Positions 48,046 to 60,578 of a stretch of DNA of 64,000 bases are shown here, one piece after another. The position numbers and the translations under genes were made by a program. Position 1 is the first letter of the stretch. Each line of letters begins with the position of its first letter. The notes under the pieces were generated by a model. That model saw only the letters and a program-made list of their open reading frames with translations, had not been told where the DNA came from and made no database searches. Source of the stretch: Octopus bimaculoides (lineage: Eukaryota); assembly GCF_001194135.2 (NCBI RefSeq), contig NC_068985.1, forward strand, positions 29,633,211 through 29,697,210. The letters run 5' to 3'.

Positions 48046-48413
48046 AACAACAACAACAGCACTCAGAGGGCGTAAACCTCTGCCAAGGCAACACCAACGT
48101 CCTCTCAATGATTAGCCAGAGATGATTTTTAAACTTAGAATATCTGAAATAAACTTAGCTGCTCTCACAAACGAGAATACTAATAATGAACCTGACCACT
48201 CTCAAAAATTAAGTAAAAAAAATAGTAAAAATAATCCAGAATCCTTGTCCGGTACCTGATCGATCCCAAAATCTAATCAGTTCATGCCAGTCACGAGGCT
48301 AAACATCCCTGAAAGTTTTATCTGAATCCATCCAGCGGTTCTTGAAATATCTTGTCCATGGACAAACAAACAGATGTGACTGAAAACAATACCTTCACGA
48401 TGGTGGAGGTAAT
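48046..48413 (-). mobile_element. Non-autonomous Helentron-like (DINE-1/HINE-type) element
   Basis: On the minus strand: 5' ATTACCTCCACCATCGTGAAGGT (stem ACCTTCAC/GTGGAGGT, 48391-48410), a (GTTT)n microsatellite, a 3' subterminal repeat TTGGCAGAGGT, a stem-loop-like GCCCTCTGAGTGC and a T-rich end. Confidence 0.65.
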
Positions 48414-48669
48414 AATATAATAATAATTCTTTCTACTATAGGCATAAGGCCTGAAATTTTTTGGAGTAGGGGAATAGTCGATTGCATCGATCCCAGTGTT
48501 TAACTGGTACATATTTTATCACCCTTGAAAGGATGAAAAGCATAGTGGACCCTGGCAGCATTTAAACATGGAACGTAGAGATGGAAGAAACACCATTAAG
48601 CATTTTGTCTGGTGTGCTAACAATTCTGCCAGTTTGTTGCCTTGATGATGATGATGATGATGCCGCCGC

Positions 48670-48888
48670 TGCCAACTATTTTTTAAATCAGGGTTTGTCC
48701 CCGTTAACAGGGGTGGCCAGATCTACCTCGCTCTTACAGTAACCGCTCTCACACCATCTTGCCATCTCGCCCAGATTTGGGCATCCCCCCTCCTCAAGCC
48801 AACCCTCCCAATCTCTTCCTCCACCTGTTCTTTGGTCGACCTTGCTTTCGCAGTTTATTCACTTTAAACTCAAGCACTCTCCTCAGAA
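48670..48888 (-). mobile_element. 3' end of a different RTE LINE family
   Basis: The minus strand translates LRRVLEFKVNKLRKQGRPKNRWR...ARWQDGVRAV, an RTE C-terminal pattern. Confidence 0.65.
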
Positions 48889-49144
48889 CATGGAGATTTC
48901 TTGGAAAAGTCTATGGAGACATGGTGACTTCCTTGATGATGATGATGATGATGATAATAATAACCCTTTCTACTATAGGCACAAGGCCTGGAATTTGTGG
49001 ATAGTCAGTTATATTTTATTGAGCTCAAAGGGGTGAAAGGTTAAGTCGACCTTGTCGGAATTTGAACTCAGAATGTAGCAGTAGATGAAATACCACTAAG
49101 CATTTTTCCCAGCGTGCTAATGATTCTGCCAGCTCACCACCTTA

Positions 49145-49181
<37 letters not shown>

Positions 49182-50094
49182 GTTTCAAATTTTGCCACAC
49201 AGGCAGCCATTTTGGGGAGGGGATCAGTCGATTACATCAACCATAGTAATTCTCTGGTACTTAATTTATTGACCCAGAAAGGATGAAAGGCAAAGTTGAC
49301 TGTGGCAGAATTTGAACTCAGAACGTGGCGATGGGCGAAATACCGATAAGCATTTTGTCCAGTGTGCTAATGATTCTGCCAGCTCGCTGCCTTAAATAAT
49401 AATAATAATAATAAACTTTTCTACTCTAGGCACAAGGCCAGAAATTTTTAAGGAGGGGACCAGTCAATAAGGCTGACCCCAGTACACAACTGGTACTTAA
49501 TTTATGACCCCCAAAAGGACGAAAGACAAAGTTGGCCATAGCAGAATTTCAACTCAGAACATAGCGATGGACGAAATGCTTCGCAGCGTGCTAACAATTC
49601 TTATTTCTTTATTGCCCCCAAGTGGCTAAACATAGAGGGGACAAACAAGGGATTAAGTCGATTACATCAACCCCAGTGCGTAACTGGTACTAACTTTATC
49701 GACCCCGAAAGGATGAAAGGCAAAGTCGACCTCAGCAGAATTTGAACTCAAAATGTAATAGCAGACAAAATACAGCTAAGCATTTCGCCTGGTGTGCTAA
49801 CGTTTCTGCCAGCTCACCGCCTTAAATAATAATAATTACTTTTTTCTTTTCTTACATTGATAGAGAAGAACATGGAAGGTGAAATGTTTTATGTCTTTAG
49901 CTATGATTATGATAATGATGGTTTCAAGATTTGGCACAAGCCCAGCAATTTCAAGGAAAGGGCTAAGTCAGTTACATTGGCCCCAGTGCCCAACGGGTAC
50001 TTATTTTAATGTAAGTTTGTTTTTGTTTAGTTACAAGTCAGTTCCAATTCAACTATGACCATCTTGTCTTTTTTGCAATTATTCATTATTCAGA

Positions 50095-50292
50095 CATGGA
50101 GACTTCTTGGAAAAGACCATGGAGACTTCCTGGAAAAGTCCATGGAGACATGGTGACTTCCTGGAAAAGTCCACAAAGACATGGGAAGATCCATGGAAAC
50201 TTCCTTGAAAAACCCATGGAGACATGGGGACTTTCTCGAAAAGTCCATGGAGACTTCCTGAAAAAGTCTATGGAAACATGGAAGGAGACTTT
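50095..50292. repeat. 23-bp minisatellite with internal dyad symmetry
   Basis: Unit CATGGAGACTTCCTGGAAAAGTC, ~6 copies, interleaved with 8-bp CATGGAGA partial units. A second short copy lies at 48889-48934. Confidence 0.9.
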
Positions 50293-50354
50293 GAGTTAAG
50301 TTAACTTTTGAGTTTACTTACAATCTCAGGTTATAAACTCTGAGCTCTGGCTAT

Positions 50355-50849
50355 GTTCATATTCTTAATAATACCTTTGAAAGAAAGGTATCAGTACTTT
50401 GTTGCCAGACATAGGGTCTTCCAGCAGACACTCTCTTGACCCAGGGCAACACTACATCCTCCAGACACTTGATGTAGGCCTCTGTGTTGAGTCTGAGGTC
50501 ATGTGGAAAGATGAATGGAGGCATAATGTCACAATCACAAGTGATCACTCCAGACACCATGATGCTGACTGGATATTTGATTTTTATCACTCTTGGTACA
50601 TGTCTTCAGATTGACACCCAAATACTCTGAAATGTTCATATTGGAGCTTCTGGCTTGAATTCTAAGCAGTACAGCGTGTCCTTTCCAAATTTCTGGCTGA
50701 GTGAATTACGGCATGCTGCTGTTTTTCTCACAGATGTTGCTCAACCGACCCTACTATACTGTGTAGTCGATAACAAAATCAAAAACAAACAATGCGCATG
50801 CATGAAATCGAAAAATATAAAATGGCAACAATTTACCCATCGCACCCTG
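50355..50849 (-). mobile_element. Tc1/mariner (maT/DD37D-like) deletion derivative with one TIR
   Basis: KYPVSIMVSGVITCDCDIMPPFIFPHDLRLNTEAYIKCLEDVVLPWVKRVSAGRPYVWQQ; terminus TA|CAGGGTGCGATGGGTAAATTG on the minus strand. Confidence 0.8.
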
Positions 50850-50863
50850 TATATATACACATA

Positions 50864-51079
50864 CGAGGGGGTGTCGAAAAGTTCCTGGCTTTAAGGGTAT
50901 CGTGAAAGGCCTGATTGGAGGCCCAACATTTTAAGTTCTTTTACAGGCCTAGATAAACTGAAGAACTGCTGCAATAAGTGTGTGAATCTAAGAGGGGAAT
51001 ATATTGAATAAAATTATAATTAACTGATCCTCCTGTATTTTCTTTTACCCAAAATCAAGAACTTTTCAGCACCCTCTCA
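50864..51079 (+). mobile_element. 216-bp mariner deletion derivative (MITE)
   Basis: TIRs TA|CGAGGGGGTGTCGAAAAGTTCCTG and CAAGAACTTTTCAGCACCCTCTCA|TA; retains the transposase tail KCVNLRGEYIE*. Confidence 0.85.
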
Positions 51080-51152
51080 TAAATATATACATCCACACAA
51101 ACACACACACGGTGTCACGCAAGTTTCTTAAACTAAATATAAAACACCTTAA

Positions 51153-51773
51153 CCTTTTTGATACCAACTCATCTGAGACCGCTGCTAGTTCTTTGATGCA
51201 AACTTCCTGTTTTAAAGTGATCCAAATTAAAACATTATCAAAATTTGATGTGAATTTATATCCCGATCACCGGATCCATGATGACTAAATTCATCATAAT
51301 TTTCTGAATCAATTTAAATATATAGGGTAAAGACCACCTTTGGTCAAGAATGACCAAGGGATTGCACCTAGAAAGTTACCCTCTGAGGCACAAGTCCAGG
51401 CAAGGTTGCCTATGGAAGATTAGCAGTCACCCATGCAAAGCAGCTTCTTCTCTCCACGCCACCAATGTTATCCAAGGGGGAGACGAAGACCGAGATAGCT
51501 TGGCATCATTGATGTAGTAACTCATTTCTACAGAAGAGTGAACTGCAGCAATGTGAAATATAGTGTCTTGCTCAAGAACACAACACACAGCCCAGTCCAG
51601 GATTTGAACTCACTACCTCATGGTTGTGAGCCTGACACTAAGCCATCTGCCTTCACAATTAAATAAATGCAGTGCATTTTAGAAATATAGTCCCCTCAGA
51701 CACAATAAAATCGAACCGGTGTGTTAATTAATTAGGCATTAAAACAGAATGACACAATAAAACAACAAAAGGG
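51153..51773. mobile_element. Second piggyBac-like MITE copy (opposite orientation) carrying a SINE-C insertion
   Basis: TTAA|CCTTTTTGATACCAAC...AAACTTCCTGTTTTAAAGTGATCCAAATT matches the reverse complement of 46330-46443. The candidate right end is CAAAAGGG|TTAA at 51773. Confidence 0.55.
51324..51656 (-). mobile_element. SINE-C (third tRNA-type SINE)
   Basis: Minus-strand head GTGAAGGCAGATGGCTTAGTG...GTGAGTTCAAATCCTGG followed by GTGTTCTTGAGCAAGACACT, a V-SINE-like block. Confidence 0.7.
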
Positions 51774-52534
51774 TTAATCATACCATTCTAAGAAGATATG
51801 TTTAAAAAAATGGAGGAAACAGTTCCTCATTTTTTGGCTGACAAGCAAAAAGAAAGGAAAGATATGCTCCTTTCTGTGTGTCCTTGTTGTTGTTGTTTAA
51901 CCCTAGGTGAGCTTTGATCCAGTTGATCTATGATCAAAGACATTCCAGTTATGACTGATCCATATCCAGTTAAGTAAAACTGAGGCGATAAAAGCATGTC
52001 CTTTATCTCCATGTTCCCCCCCCCCCCTCACCACACACACAATCTGTTCTTGACAAATGTCTCCTTCACATCCCATCTTCCGCAACACCCTCTCTCTCAA
52101 ATGTGTTCACCATTCACTGTATTTCCACACCCCTATCTCTCACTCTTCCTCATAAACCTACCTGCATACAATATTTCCCTGTCAAATCTATCCCCTGAAA
52201 CAAACTCTCCTAACACTTCCTCCCTTTACCTCTTCCCACTCCTCCTCTCCATCTTCTCACTCTTCTTTCACAATCTCACAAACTTACTCACCTTATCCAG
52301 TCCCTGGTTCACTTCAATATATGCACCTCTCTGTAACTTGTGTGTACACCCCATCACATCCTCACCATCTTATCTCTTTCCAACTGAGGCAGACATGTAT
52401 CTTCTCTTCTACAAGACACCTATTTCTGTTCTTCTGTTCTTATTCTAACTTCTCATCACATGGCACAAAGCCACCTTCCTCAATATTACTCCCACTTTGG
52501 TTGAAAGGTCTTGTGTCGCTAGTTATTTAGTGAC

Positions 52535-52727
52535 CTTGCTGCTGCAGCTACCAGATCGAAAGCACCCAGTACACTGTAAAGTAGATGGCATTAGGAAGGA
52601 CACCCAGCCAAAGAAATCATGCCAAACCAGACAGTCAAACTTGGTACAGTCTTCTGACTTGCCAGCTCCTGTCAAAATGTCCAACCCATACCAGCATAGA
52701 AGGAGGATGTTAAAAGATGATGATGAC
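52535..52727 (+). mobile_element. Short RTE-tail element
   Basis: AGCACCCAGTACACTGTAAAGTAGATGGCATTAGGAAGGACACCCAGCC...CCAACCCATACCAGCATAG...(GAT)n. Similar copies lie at 33340-33445, 38665-38790 (-), 55830-55935, 56195-56380 and 57040-57165. Confidence 0.8.
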
Positions 52728-53123
52728 ACAGAATATCTAAGATTACATTATTCAATATGTCCTTCCTCTTTTAAGCTAGTGAGATGTGATTTGAGGAAGA
52801 TTTTGCTGTTTTTTGTAGCAGATCTAACCACCGCTTACAGAAGATTTAGTTGTCTATTGTTAAAAATGTATAACTCTCAGTCTATCCTATCCATAAATCG
52901 GTAGCACAAGGTGGAATAGCTCATGCCTGTAAACAGTGGCAGCTCTATAGAATTACAATTTGTTGTTAGTCAAAAGGCTGAGAAGAATTGTTTCATTAAC
53001 TCAGATGCTGTGTATATAGGTCTCTCCTTGCCCATTAGCTTGGACCATGATGGATGTGATATCAACAGGGCTCACTGCTTTCAGCTCTATTACCATCTGC
53101 TTCAGAAAGGATTCTAAAAAGAA

Positions 53124-53159
<36 letters not shown>

Positions 53160-55931
53160 TGCTGGTAAACACAAAAATTTTGACTATATAGTCTCCTCCT
53201 CCTCCTTAGGGTACTTAAAAGCACCCTAGATATTGATGTTCTTTTGAGTTATTGAATAATTTTGACATTATTTTGATTCATAAATGTAAATGTTTTTGAT
53301 TCTCTCGTTGTTTCAGACTTTAATTCTATAAGTGGCTAATGTTAAACTTTTGATGTGTGCTTGTAGCAATATGTTTGTGTGTATGCAAGAGCATTGTATA
53401 ATTCATTCATTATTATTATTATTATTATTATTATTGCTATTATTATTTTCTATTATTCTTTCTTACAGCACTCCAGATGTTGATGATAACATTGTTTGGG
53501 TAATTAAAATATTTTTGATATATTTTCACTCGCAAGTACAAGCTTTTTGATTTGATTATTAACCCTCCTTCCCTTCCATATACACACAACCATAACTCTA
53601 AAAGATATTCTGTTCTAACATTTGTCCCTTTTTACATTTCTATTTTTATTTGCAATAAGTAAGGTACAGTGGTGGTGGGGTTAACTTTGGTGCTGGGTGA
53701 ATGAACCACAAAGTCATAATTTCAGATCTAACCACAGCCATTGTGTTGCAACCCTGAGCACAGTGCATGATTTAGCTTGCTTTTGTTTTGCCTGACTAAA
53801 TATTAAAAAAAGGTCTTAATTCGCAGGCGTTACCACAAGGCAGGGTGTCGGCTATCTGTAAAAGCAACTAGTCCAACAACCGAACCATTTTATCTAATTC
53901 AAACAAATGTAACTAAATAATAGATATAATACAAATGTTTGGCAAACACCATACATGAGCATCTCATAAACTGTGTCTGTTGAATTGGATTTTGGATTAT
54001 CATGATGTTTGAATAAGGCATGAATATCACAGCTAGTTTCTCCCAATGGATTACCAATTGGTTACCATTTTGAGTATTTCACTTGTTCAACCAACAAAAC
54101 TATCTACGTATTGCATTATAGTTGAGTAGATGTGGCTGTGTATTCCTTAGACACTTGAATATCTTAACATAATTATCAGGCATAACCGATGTGATACATC
54201 AAGTGAAATAACTGGCCTCTTAAATCATTAGTACAGTCTATGCAACATGCTTTTATGCAGTTTCTGTCTACCTAATTTCATTTGCAAAAATTTGGTAGAA
54301 TACACTTGCTCCAGAGGTTGTGCTGTGGGGTTGAACCAAGGGACATTTTGATAGTGAAGTAAACTTCTTGACCATGTAATCACACCTACATTTCTACTTG
54401 GGCAATTCAACAAACTCAGACTGCATGACCAATGAAGTCCTGTCTTTTGTGTGGCTAAAGAAAACAGGTGTTATTGTTTGTCTCCAAGTCACTTCTGATT
54501 GAGCAGATCTATGATCAGATATTCCAGCTGTGACAGTCCTGTTACTTTTCATGTAGAGAGCCATCAAGGGAGTTAAATGTACATTTTTAGACTAAAGAGG
54601 CACTATATTGTTGCTCAATTTATTAGAAATAGAAGCGAAATCTTCTTGAAATCATATCTTACTGTCTTAATGTTTCACTTAGTGTTTATTTTTTCACCTC
54701 ATCCTGTATTGTAACATTTGTGCATGTATCTTCTTAATGGAACTGGATTTAGTAAATTCTTATCAATGATCGATTTCAACCATCTTATCCTTAAGACTGG
54801 TAAAGGTAGTTGACAAAAACAGTATTATATTTTTCCTGCAGGGCTTCATAGTTGAAAGATGTTGTTGTTATTATTACTGGATTGATCTAATAGACATGTA
54901 GGGAGATAGACCAGCAGAATTGTTAGTGTTTTGTGGTATTTAGTTGCATCTCTTTATGTTCTCAGTTCAAATCTCACTGAGATCAGCTTTGCCTTTTATC
55001 CATCTGGGTTTGAGAAGTCCCAGTCAATTACTGAAGAAAATTTCATTGACTATACTCCCCCTCAAAAATAAAATTTGTGGTCTTGTACTTATATTTGAAA
55101 ATCGTTATTTCTTGGTGAACTTAGGATTGTGGATTGGTAGAATCATTAGAACAGTGGATAAAATGCCTTGCAATTTTTAGTTATAGCTCTTCAAACCGTT
55201 CTGAAGTTTCCTTTGCTTATCGTCTTTCTGGGGTCAATAAACTAAAATACCAGTCAAGTACTGGGTTGATGGTATTGGCTATTCCCTCCTCTAAATATGC
55301 TACAAACAATTATTATTACTAGAAATGTCTCATTGCTTGTTTAGCTCACCACAGTCCTGTCAAATGAAACTTGTTAATTCTTTACAAATTCTTTTAATAC
55401 TATTTAGATCTAAAAAAAAAAAACCCTATTTTTTTTCTCTGTCATTTCTAACTAATAATAAATAATATGTATTTAGGGTATAGGTATAGCTGTGTTAAGA
55501 AATTTGTTTCCCCAACTACATACTTCCAAGTTCAGTCCGACCACACAGCACATTAGGCAAGTGTCTTCTACTATTCTACTATAGTCCTGAGTTGACCAAA
55601 GCCTTACGAATAAATCTAGTATATGGATACTGAAAGAAGCTTGTCATAAATATATATTTGTGTGCACATGGGTGAGTGTGTGTGTTTGTGTTTCCTTGCC
55701 ATGACATTGCAACATTGCAAGATAATTGTAAATGAGTATCACCATCTTAAAAGTAGTATTGATTGTTTCCAACTTTCTGTGAAAAGCATGTCTGAAAATG
55801 GGGAAATATTACCTTGCTTGTTAAAAGATAAGGGTTTGCAAGAGGAAGGGCATCTGGCCATAGAAAATTTGCCTTAACAGATTTCATCTCATTCATGCAA
55901 GCAAGGATAAGTTGACATTAAAATTACGATG

Positions 55932-56006
<75 letters not shown>

Positions 56007-58359
56007 CATACACATACAGACTGGCATGACTGCATGTTACTGCTTTTCACCATAACTAAGATTTTATTATTAATCTTGTAATAAAATCTTAGTCATGTGA
56101 CAAAAGACCAAGATACCTGGTGCCTTGCTGTACTCAAGAAGACCCATTCTCCACTGCAGAAGTGTTAAGGCTAGTGAAGAAGATTGTCTTGCGAGAATCC
56201 TGTGCTGGTGCCATGTTAAAGCACCCACCACATACACTAAAATGGTTGGCATTAGGAAGGGCATCCAGCCATAGAAACCAAGCCAGATCAGACTGGAACC
56301 TGGTGCAGCTGTCCAGCCTGCCAGCTCTGGTCAAACTGTCCAACCCATGCCAGCATGGATGTTAAAAGGATGATGATGATAATGTGAAATGCAGTAATAT
56401 AAAACTCAGTGTAATATGTCTATCTTTAATTTTTTAATACTAACTCAAGGTGAATATATTGGGAAATTCTGTCTTCATTTGTGTGTGTGTGTGTATGTAT
56501 AGTTACACACACACACACACACACACACACAAGCATATATACTCACACATACACAAAGTGTACCATCTCCAGGCAAAAGGATGGTTCTTTTCCTTAATGG
56601 CATGCCAACTTTGGAGAATTTTTTTATTCTTGAGATTATCTCCCCTTGTTATCTGAAGCTGCTCTTGATTGCCATTTGGTGATTATGATACATCCTCTTA
56701 GAGACAGAGGTAATTTTAATAAATCAAGAATTTGTTGTATAGTAGTTGATACAGCTACCTTTATTTGTTTATATATGCACATGCACACCACACGGTTTTC
56801 TTCCTGACACTTTGAGCAAGTGTCTTTTACTATCAAAGCCTCAAGGAGTGGATTTGGTTGGTGGAAACTGAAAGAAGCTCATTGTGTATATAATATGTAT
56901 ATGTGTGTGTTAGTGTATTCTTTTCTTGACATCACAAATTGATTGTAATTGAATGTCACCATTGTACAAGCAGTGTTGTTTGCTTGCAATCCTCCATACT
57001 GTTTGTGTTCAAAGGAATGGGGGAAATACAACTTTACTTGGAGACAGGTGAAAGTTGGCAACAGGAAGAGCATCCAGCCATAGAAAATCTACCTCAGTGA
57101 ATTTCGTCTGACCTGTGTGAATATGGAAAAGTTGATGTTAAGTTAATGATGATAAGGATGATGCTGATATATGTGTATCTGTATTTATGTTTCCACTACT
57201 ATTATTGTTGTTTATGCTGTGTCCTTTTCTGTTCTGTATCTTAGTGGTTTGACAAATTTTATTGATAGAATATTTCCTATACTGAAATAAGCACTGAGGT
57301 TGATATGATTGGCTAAACCTTTGATGACAGATCCTCAGTCTGACCATAGTCCATTGACTGAAATGAATGAAAGAATAAAAGAATATATATATATATACAT
57401 TCCATAGCATCTCACTCTGTCTACACACACACACATGCAGCTGCACACACAAACATAAGTATCTGACTAACTATCTTTCACTCTGTCTCTCCCTTTATGT
57501 GTACACACATACACATAACACTACATAAATGCACATTTGTGTGTTTGTGTATATATAAATAGGAAACAGTAGAGCAGAGACATCAAAATGTAGCCCTTTT
57601 CTTTATCATCACTGGTTTTCTGTCTACTTTTTCCTTGTGACATAGGCTGAATAGTTCTAAAAGAAAGCAGCTTTGTTTGCATCTTGTTCTTGGTCCTGCA
57701 TCTTTCTTGTATTGAGTGAAGTTTTGATTGAGATGGGCTTTTGTTGTTTGTTTAATGATTTGATACTCTTGCTATTGTCAATCAGAACATTTAAATAGAT
57801 GAATTAGTAATTTGATAAAGACAATATAGGTGTGGACATGGCTATGTTGTTAAGAACTTCTGTTTTGACTCTTCTACATGGCACCTTGGGCAAGTGTTTT
57901 CTACTGTATAATCTCAAGTTGAACAAGAGTGAATGAAATTTGGTTGCCAGAAAATGAAGGTAAACTATCAAAGGAACCTTTCCTATTTTGAGGTGGTAGA
58001 CTTAATTGCTGCCAAGTTGAAACAGTCACCTGGTCCAAGAGTGTCTTTAGTATTGTTCACTCTGTTGCAAGCATTCAAGTGAGATTTTAAGTCTGAATAT
58101 GACTTCTTTCTATGAGTCTTGGGGATGAGGGTCTTGCAGAGGGTTAAGGGCACTGCCTTTCCAACTCTGACTCAGCTATAAAAATATATGAATAAATATA
58201 AAACACACTAATGCTATCAGCTAACTGCCATCTTAACAAACTAACTTCAAATTCTTTTACATTGCAATGTTCATAGTGAACCACCTACTCTTCAGATGTT
58301 CTTGGGTTTGGTGAAAGTAATTATATAGAAAATGCAAAAACTGGTGTCTGAAATATTTT

Positions 58360-59059
58360 TGATCAAACTTCAGTGAATTGTAATTGTTATTCTTAGATTG
58401 GTGGACAGTAGAATTGGTAGATTGCCTGACAAAATACTTTGTGATATTTATTTTCTGTTAATTCTACATTCTAATTTGAAATACTGTTGAGTTTAATTTT
58501 GCTTTTCACTCTTTTGAAAGTGATAATATAAAAACCAGTCATATAATGGAGTTGACTCAGTTTACTATACTCTTTTCTCCTGAATGTTGTGGATTTGTGC
58601 CTGTGCCATCACTGTTATTATTATTATTGAACTGATAGAACCGTTAGCATGCTGGGCAAAATGTGTAGCAGCATTTCGTCCATCTTAATGTTCTGAATTC
58701 AAATTCCGCTGAGGTTGACTTTGCCTTTCTTACTTTTGAGATTGATAAAATAAGTACCAGTTGAGCACTGGGGTCAATGTAATTAATTGACTTAATCCTC
58801 CCCTGAGCTTGCTGTCACTGTGCCAAAATTTGAAACCATTATTATTAAGGCGGCAAGCTAGCTGAATCGTTAGCATGCTAGACAAAATACTTAGCAGCAT
58901 TTCATCAGTCTTTATGTTCAAATTCCGCTGACGCTGACTATTGGCTTTACCATTCATCCTTTTGGGCTTGATAAAATAAGTACCAGTTGAGCACTTAGGT
59001 CAGTGTAATTGACAAGCCCCCTCCCCCAAATTTCAAGCCTTGTGCCTATAATAGAAAGG

Positions 59060-59091
<32 letters not shown>

Positions 59092-59288
59092 ATCAGTGGA
59101 TCTGTGGACTGATACAACTAGTGGAACACTGAACTAAATAGTTTCAAGTATTTATGTTTTATTATATCTGAGTTCAAATCTTCCCAATTACCACCCTCTC
59201 TAGGATCAAGAAAAAAAAAATAGTTAGTGACTATAGGTGGCTGCATAAATCATCTCCTTCCTGAGTTTGTATATATGACTAAGACTGC

Positions 59289-59322
<34 letters not shown>

Positions 59323-59560
59323 TATCATTATCATTAGAAGGTTGATAACAAGGCAGAATCAGTATAATGGAGGGCAAAATACTTTGCAGTATTTTTGGTT
59401 TCAAACCCAGTTGGAGACAACTTTTACTTTTCATTCCTCTTGGGAGCTGGGTTGACAAAATAGATATCAGTTATATGTTGGGGTTTGATTCAATCAACTA
59501 TACACACAAATTTGTGCACTTATGCCAATGTAATAAATTATTATCATTATTATTTATTTA
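58360..59560 (+). mobile_element. Head-to-tail array of ~5 SINE-A copies
   Basis: For example 58630-58845 ends TTTGAAACCATTATTATT and is followed directly by AAGGCGGCAAGCTAGCTGAATCGTTAGC. Confidence 0.85.
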
Positions 59561-59698
59561 TTCTCTTTATTATCACTCTTTCTAATTCGGTGTAAAATAA
59601 ATTAATTAATTAAAAAAAGACAACAGAATATTAACAAAACATTAATAAAACAAAAAGTAACATTATTTAATTTTTAGCGTGCTGGCTTAATAAAGTTT

Positions 59699-60578
59699 NN
59701 NNNNNNNNNNNNNNNNNNNNNNNNNNNNNNNNNNNNNNNNNNNNNNNNNNNNNNNNNNNNNNNNNNNNNNNNNNNNNNNNNNNNNNNNNNNNNNNNNNNN
59801 NNNNNNNNNNNNNNNNNNNNNNNNNNNNNNNNNNNNNNNNNNNNNNNNNNNNNNNNNNNNNNNNNNNNNNNNNNNNNNNNNNNNNNNNNNNNNNNNNNNN
59901 NNNNNNNNNNNNNNNNNNNNNNNNNNNNNNNNNNNNNNNNNNNNNNNNNNNNNNNNNNNNNNNNNNNNNNNNNNNNNNNNNNNNNNNNNNNNNNNNNNNN
60001 NNNNNNNNNNNNNNNNNNNNNNNNNNNNNNNNNNNNNNNNNNNNNNNNNNNNNNNNNNNNNNNNNNNNNNNNNNNNNNNNNNNNNNNNNNNNNNNNNNNN
60101 NNNNNNNNNNNNNNNNNNNNNNNNNNNNNNNNNNNNNNNNNNNNNNNNNNNNNNNNNNNNNNNNNNNNNNNNNNNNNNNNNNNNNNNNNNNNNNNNNNNN
60201 NNNNNNNNNNNNNNNNNNNNNNNNNNNNNNNNNNNNNNNNNNNNNNNNNNNNNNNNNNNNNNNNNNNNNNNNNNNNNNNNNNNNNNNNNNNNNNNNNNNN
60301 NNNNNNNNNNNNNNNNNNNNNNNNNNNNNNNNNNNNNNNNNNNNNNNNNNNNNNNNNNNNNNNNNNNNNNNNNNNNNNNNNNNNNNNNNNNNNNNNNNNN
60401 NNNNNNNNNNNNNNNNNNNNNNNNNNNNNNNNNNNNNNNNNNNNNNNNNNNNNNNNNNNNNNNNNNNNNNNNNNNNNNNNNNNNNNNNNNNNNNNNNNNN
60501 NNNNNNNNNNNNNNNNNNNNNNNNNNNNNNNNNNNNNNNNNNNNNNNNNNNNNNNNNNNNNNNNNNNNNNNNNNNNNN
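59699..60578. other. Assembly gap (largest of six)
   Basis: N-runs at 32389-32670, 33467-34002, 36020-36236, 37735-38080, 40300-40743 and 59699-60578, plus 10-N gaps near 988, 7560, 10737 and 37097. Confidence 1.

Larger units (their letters stand above)
47357..50010 (-). mobile_element. Head-to-tail array of 9 SINE-A copies with other elements intercalated
   Basis: Heads end at ~47590, 47834, 48044, 48643, 49143, 49393, 49598 (clipped) and 49823, with a partial copy at 49918-50010. Copies are separated by (AAT)n/(GAT)n. Confidence 0.9.
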
